A program made the position numbers and the translations under genes. A DNA stretch of 64,000 bases from positions 186,001 through 250,000 of the IMG/VR virus record IMGVR_UViG_3300011113_000640; one strand, 5' to 3'. Position 1 is the stretch's first letter. The number at the start of each line of letters is the position of its first letter. The notes under the pieces were generated by a model. The model saw only the letters and a list, made by a program, of their open reading frames with translations. It was not told the origin of the DNA and made no database searches. This document shows positions 62,800 to 64,000 of the stretch, piece by piece.

Positions 62800-64000
62800 T
62801 CGTCCTGAAACCCTGTGCATGGCCCCATGGACACACACATATCTCAGTCCACAAACCGAAAGACGCATGTGCTGTGCCAGCCGAGAACCCGCACAAAACT
62901 TCGAACAGTATATAGACACAGCTGCAGGTTCTGGAAAATATACACCTGTGAGCCTGGATGAGCACTGGAACAATCCTCACATACGAAGTGTGCGACTGAG
63001 GATGATGCAGGGAGAAATTTTGCCCGAGTGTGAAGTATGTAACAATAAGTTATTGAACACTGACGTATACAGAGACTACTTCAATCGATTATTTGGTCAC
63101 AAATATGAAGAGTGCATGCGTGCCACCGATCGCTATGGGTTCACCAAAGTAAGACCAGTCAGTTGGGATTATAGGTTCAGTAATCTATGTAACTTCAAAT
63201 GTCGCATGTGTGGAGACATGCTGAGCAGTGCCTGGGAAAGTGAACAACGACAGCACAATATGATTGACTGGTCAAATCCAAAAAATACATGGATGCGACC
63301 CGAGGTACGAGAAAAGATTTCAGCTTATCAAGATTCGCAGATTGAGGCCGAATTCGCTTTGGCGGTAGAGCAACATCGTGTGGAAGAAGTATACTGGGTG
63401 GGTGGTGAACCACTCATGTACGAACAACACTGGCGTTATATGCAACGTATTATTGAACTTGGAGATGGACCACGTGTGTATGCCAGATACAACACCAATC
63501 TCAGTAGGGTAGATTATCGCGGAACAAATCTTTATCGTGATATTCTGGCACACATACGTGATTGGCAAATCTGTGCAAGCCTGGATGGCACTGGTGCTAC
63601 GGGCGAATATATAAGGACAGGGTTGGATTATGTTGCATGGTTAGAGAATTTCAAACAAGGGCTAGAAATTACACATCATCGCAGACAGATGCGCATTGAT
63701 TTCACGTTGACATTGCCTGGCCTGTTTGAAGTTGTAAATATCCAGAGACTGGCCGATGAGTTAAATGTAGACATACTGGCCAAAGTAATATTTAGTTTTA
63801 CTCCAGACATTGTAATGAGTCCCTTGGCATTGCCCAGACCTGTTTTAGAGAGAGTGGTTGATGAACTTGCTGACCAAATACCCAACGGAGCACTCCGAGA
63901 TGTGCTAAATCAACTCAAACAACGACCGACCTTTGCCGAACAATGGCCAGATTCTTATCAGGCAGGACTTGCAAAAGGCAAGGCTCGTGTGCTAAAATTA
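62783..64000 (+). CDS. Radical SAM protein with an N-terminal twitch-like domain (runs off the window end)
   Basis: Translated by hand: MPAPINRPETLCMAPW...MCC...CEVC...RFSNLCNFKCRMC...VGGEP. Absent from the ORF track because no stop occurs in the window. Confidence 0.88.
   Translation, partial: MPAPINRPETLCMAPWTHTYLSPQTERRMCCASREPAQNFEQYIDTAAGSGKYTPVSLDEHWNNPHIRSVRLRMMQGEILPECEVCNNKLLNTDVYRDYFNRLFGHKYEECMRATDRYGFTKVRPVSWDYRFSNLCNFKCRMCGDMLSSAWESEQRQHNMIDWSNPKNTWMRPEVREKISAYQDSQIEAEFALAVEQHRVEEVYWVGGEPLMYEQHWRYMQRIIELGDGPRVYARYNTNLSRVDYRGTNLYRDILAHIRDWQICASLDGTGATGEYIRTGLDYVAWLENFKQGLEITHHRRQMRIDFTLTLPGLFEVVNIQRLADELNVDILAKVIFSFTPDIVMSPLALPRPVLERVVDELADQIPNGALRDVLNQLKQRPTFAEQWPDSYQAGLAKGKARVLKL

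Noticed and set aside
1-64000. Alternative genetic code or stop-codon reassignment
   Set aside because: Core genes are full length under the standard code, and all three stop codons are used as true ends.

Overview
This window is a segment of a large T4-like myovirus genome (Caudoviricetes; genes recognised by motif, not by database search). It carries the head module (gp20 portal, gp21 protease, gp22 scaffold, gp23 capsid), a tape-measure protein with an M15-type peptidase domain, the gp55-gp47-gp46 late-sigma/recombination operon, a baseplate block (gp53, hub, gp5, gp25, gp6, a 4921-aa giant protein) and tail-fibre genes. The main oddities are five. (1) A ~400-nt ORF-free region with many helices and a possible pseudoknot lies directly downstream of a GIY-YIG nuclease. 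(2) A large modification gene set is present: 8 radical-SAM enzymes, ~7 glycosyltransferase-like genes and an SGNH protein. (3) A three-gene cassette includes an aminoacyl-tRNA-protein transferase (ATE/Bpt)-like gene. (4) A probable -1 programmed frameshift fuses gp26-like and gp51-like chaperones. (5) A repeated TAAATA-N4-5-ATG pattern suggests leaderless late mRNAs. No CRISPR array, tRNA or rRNA was recognised.
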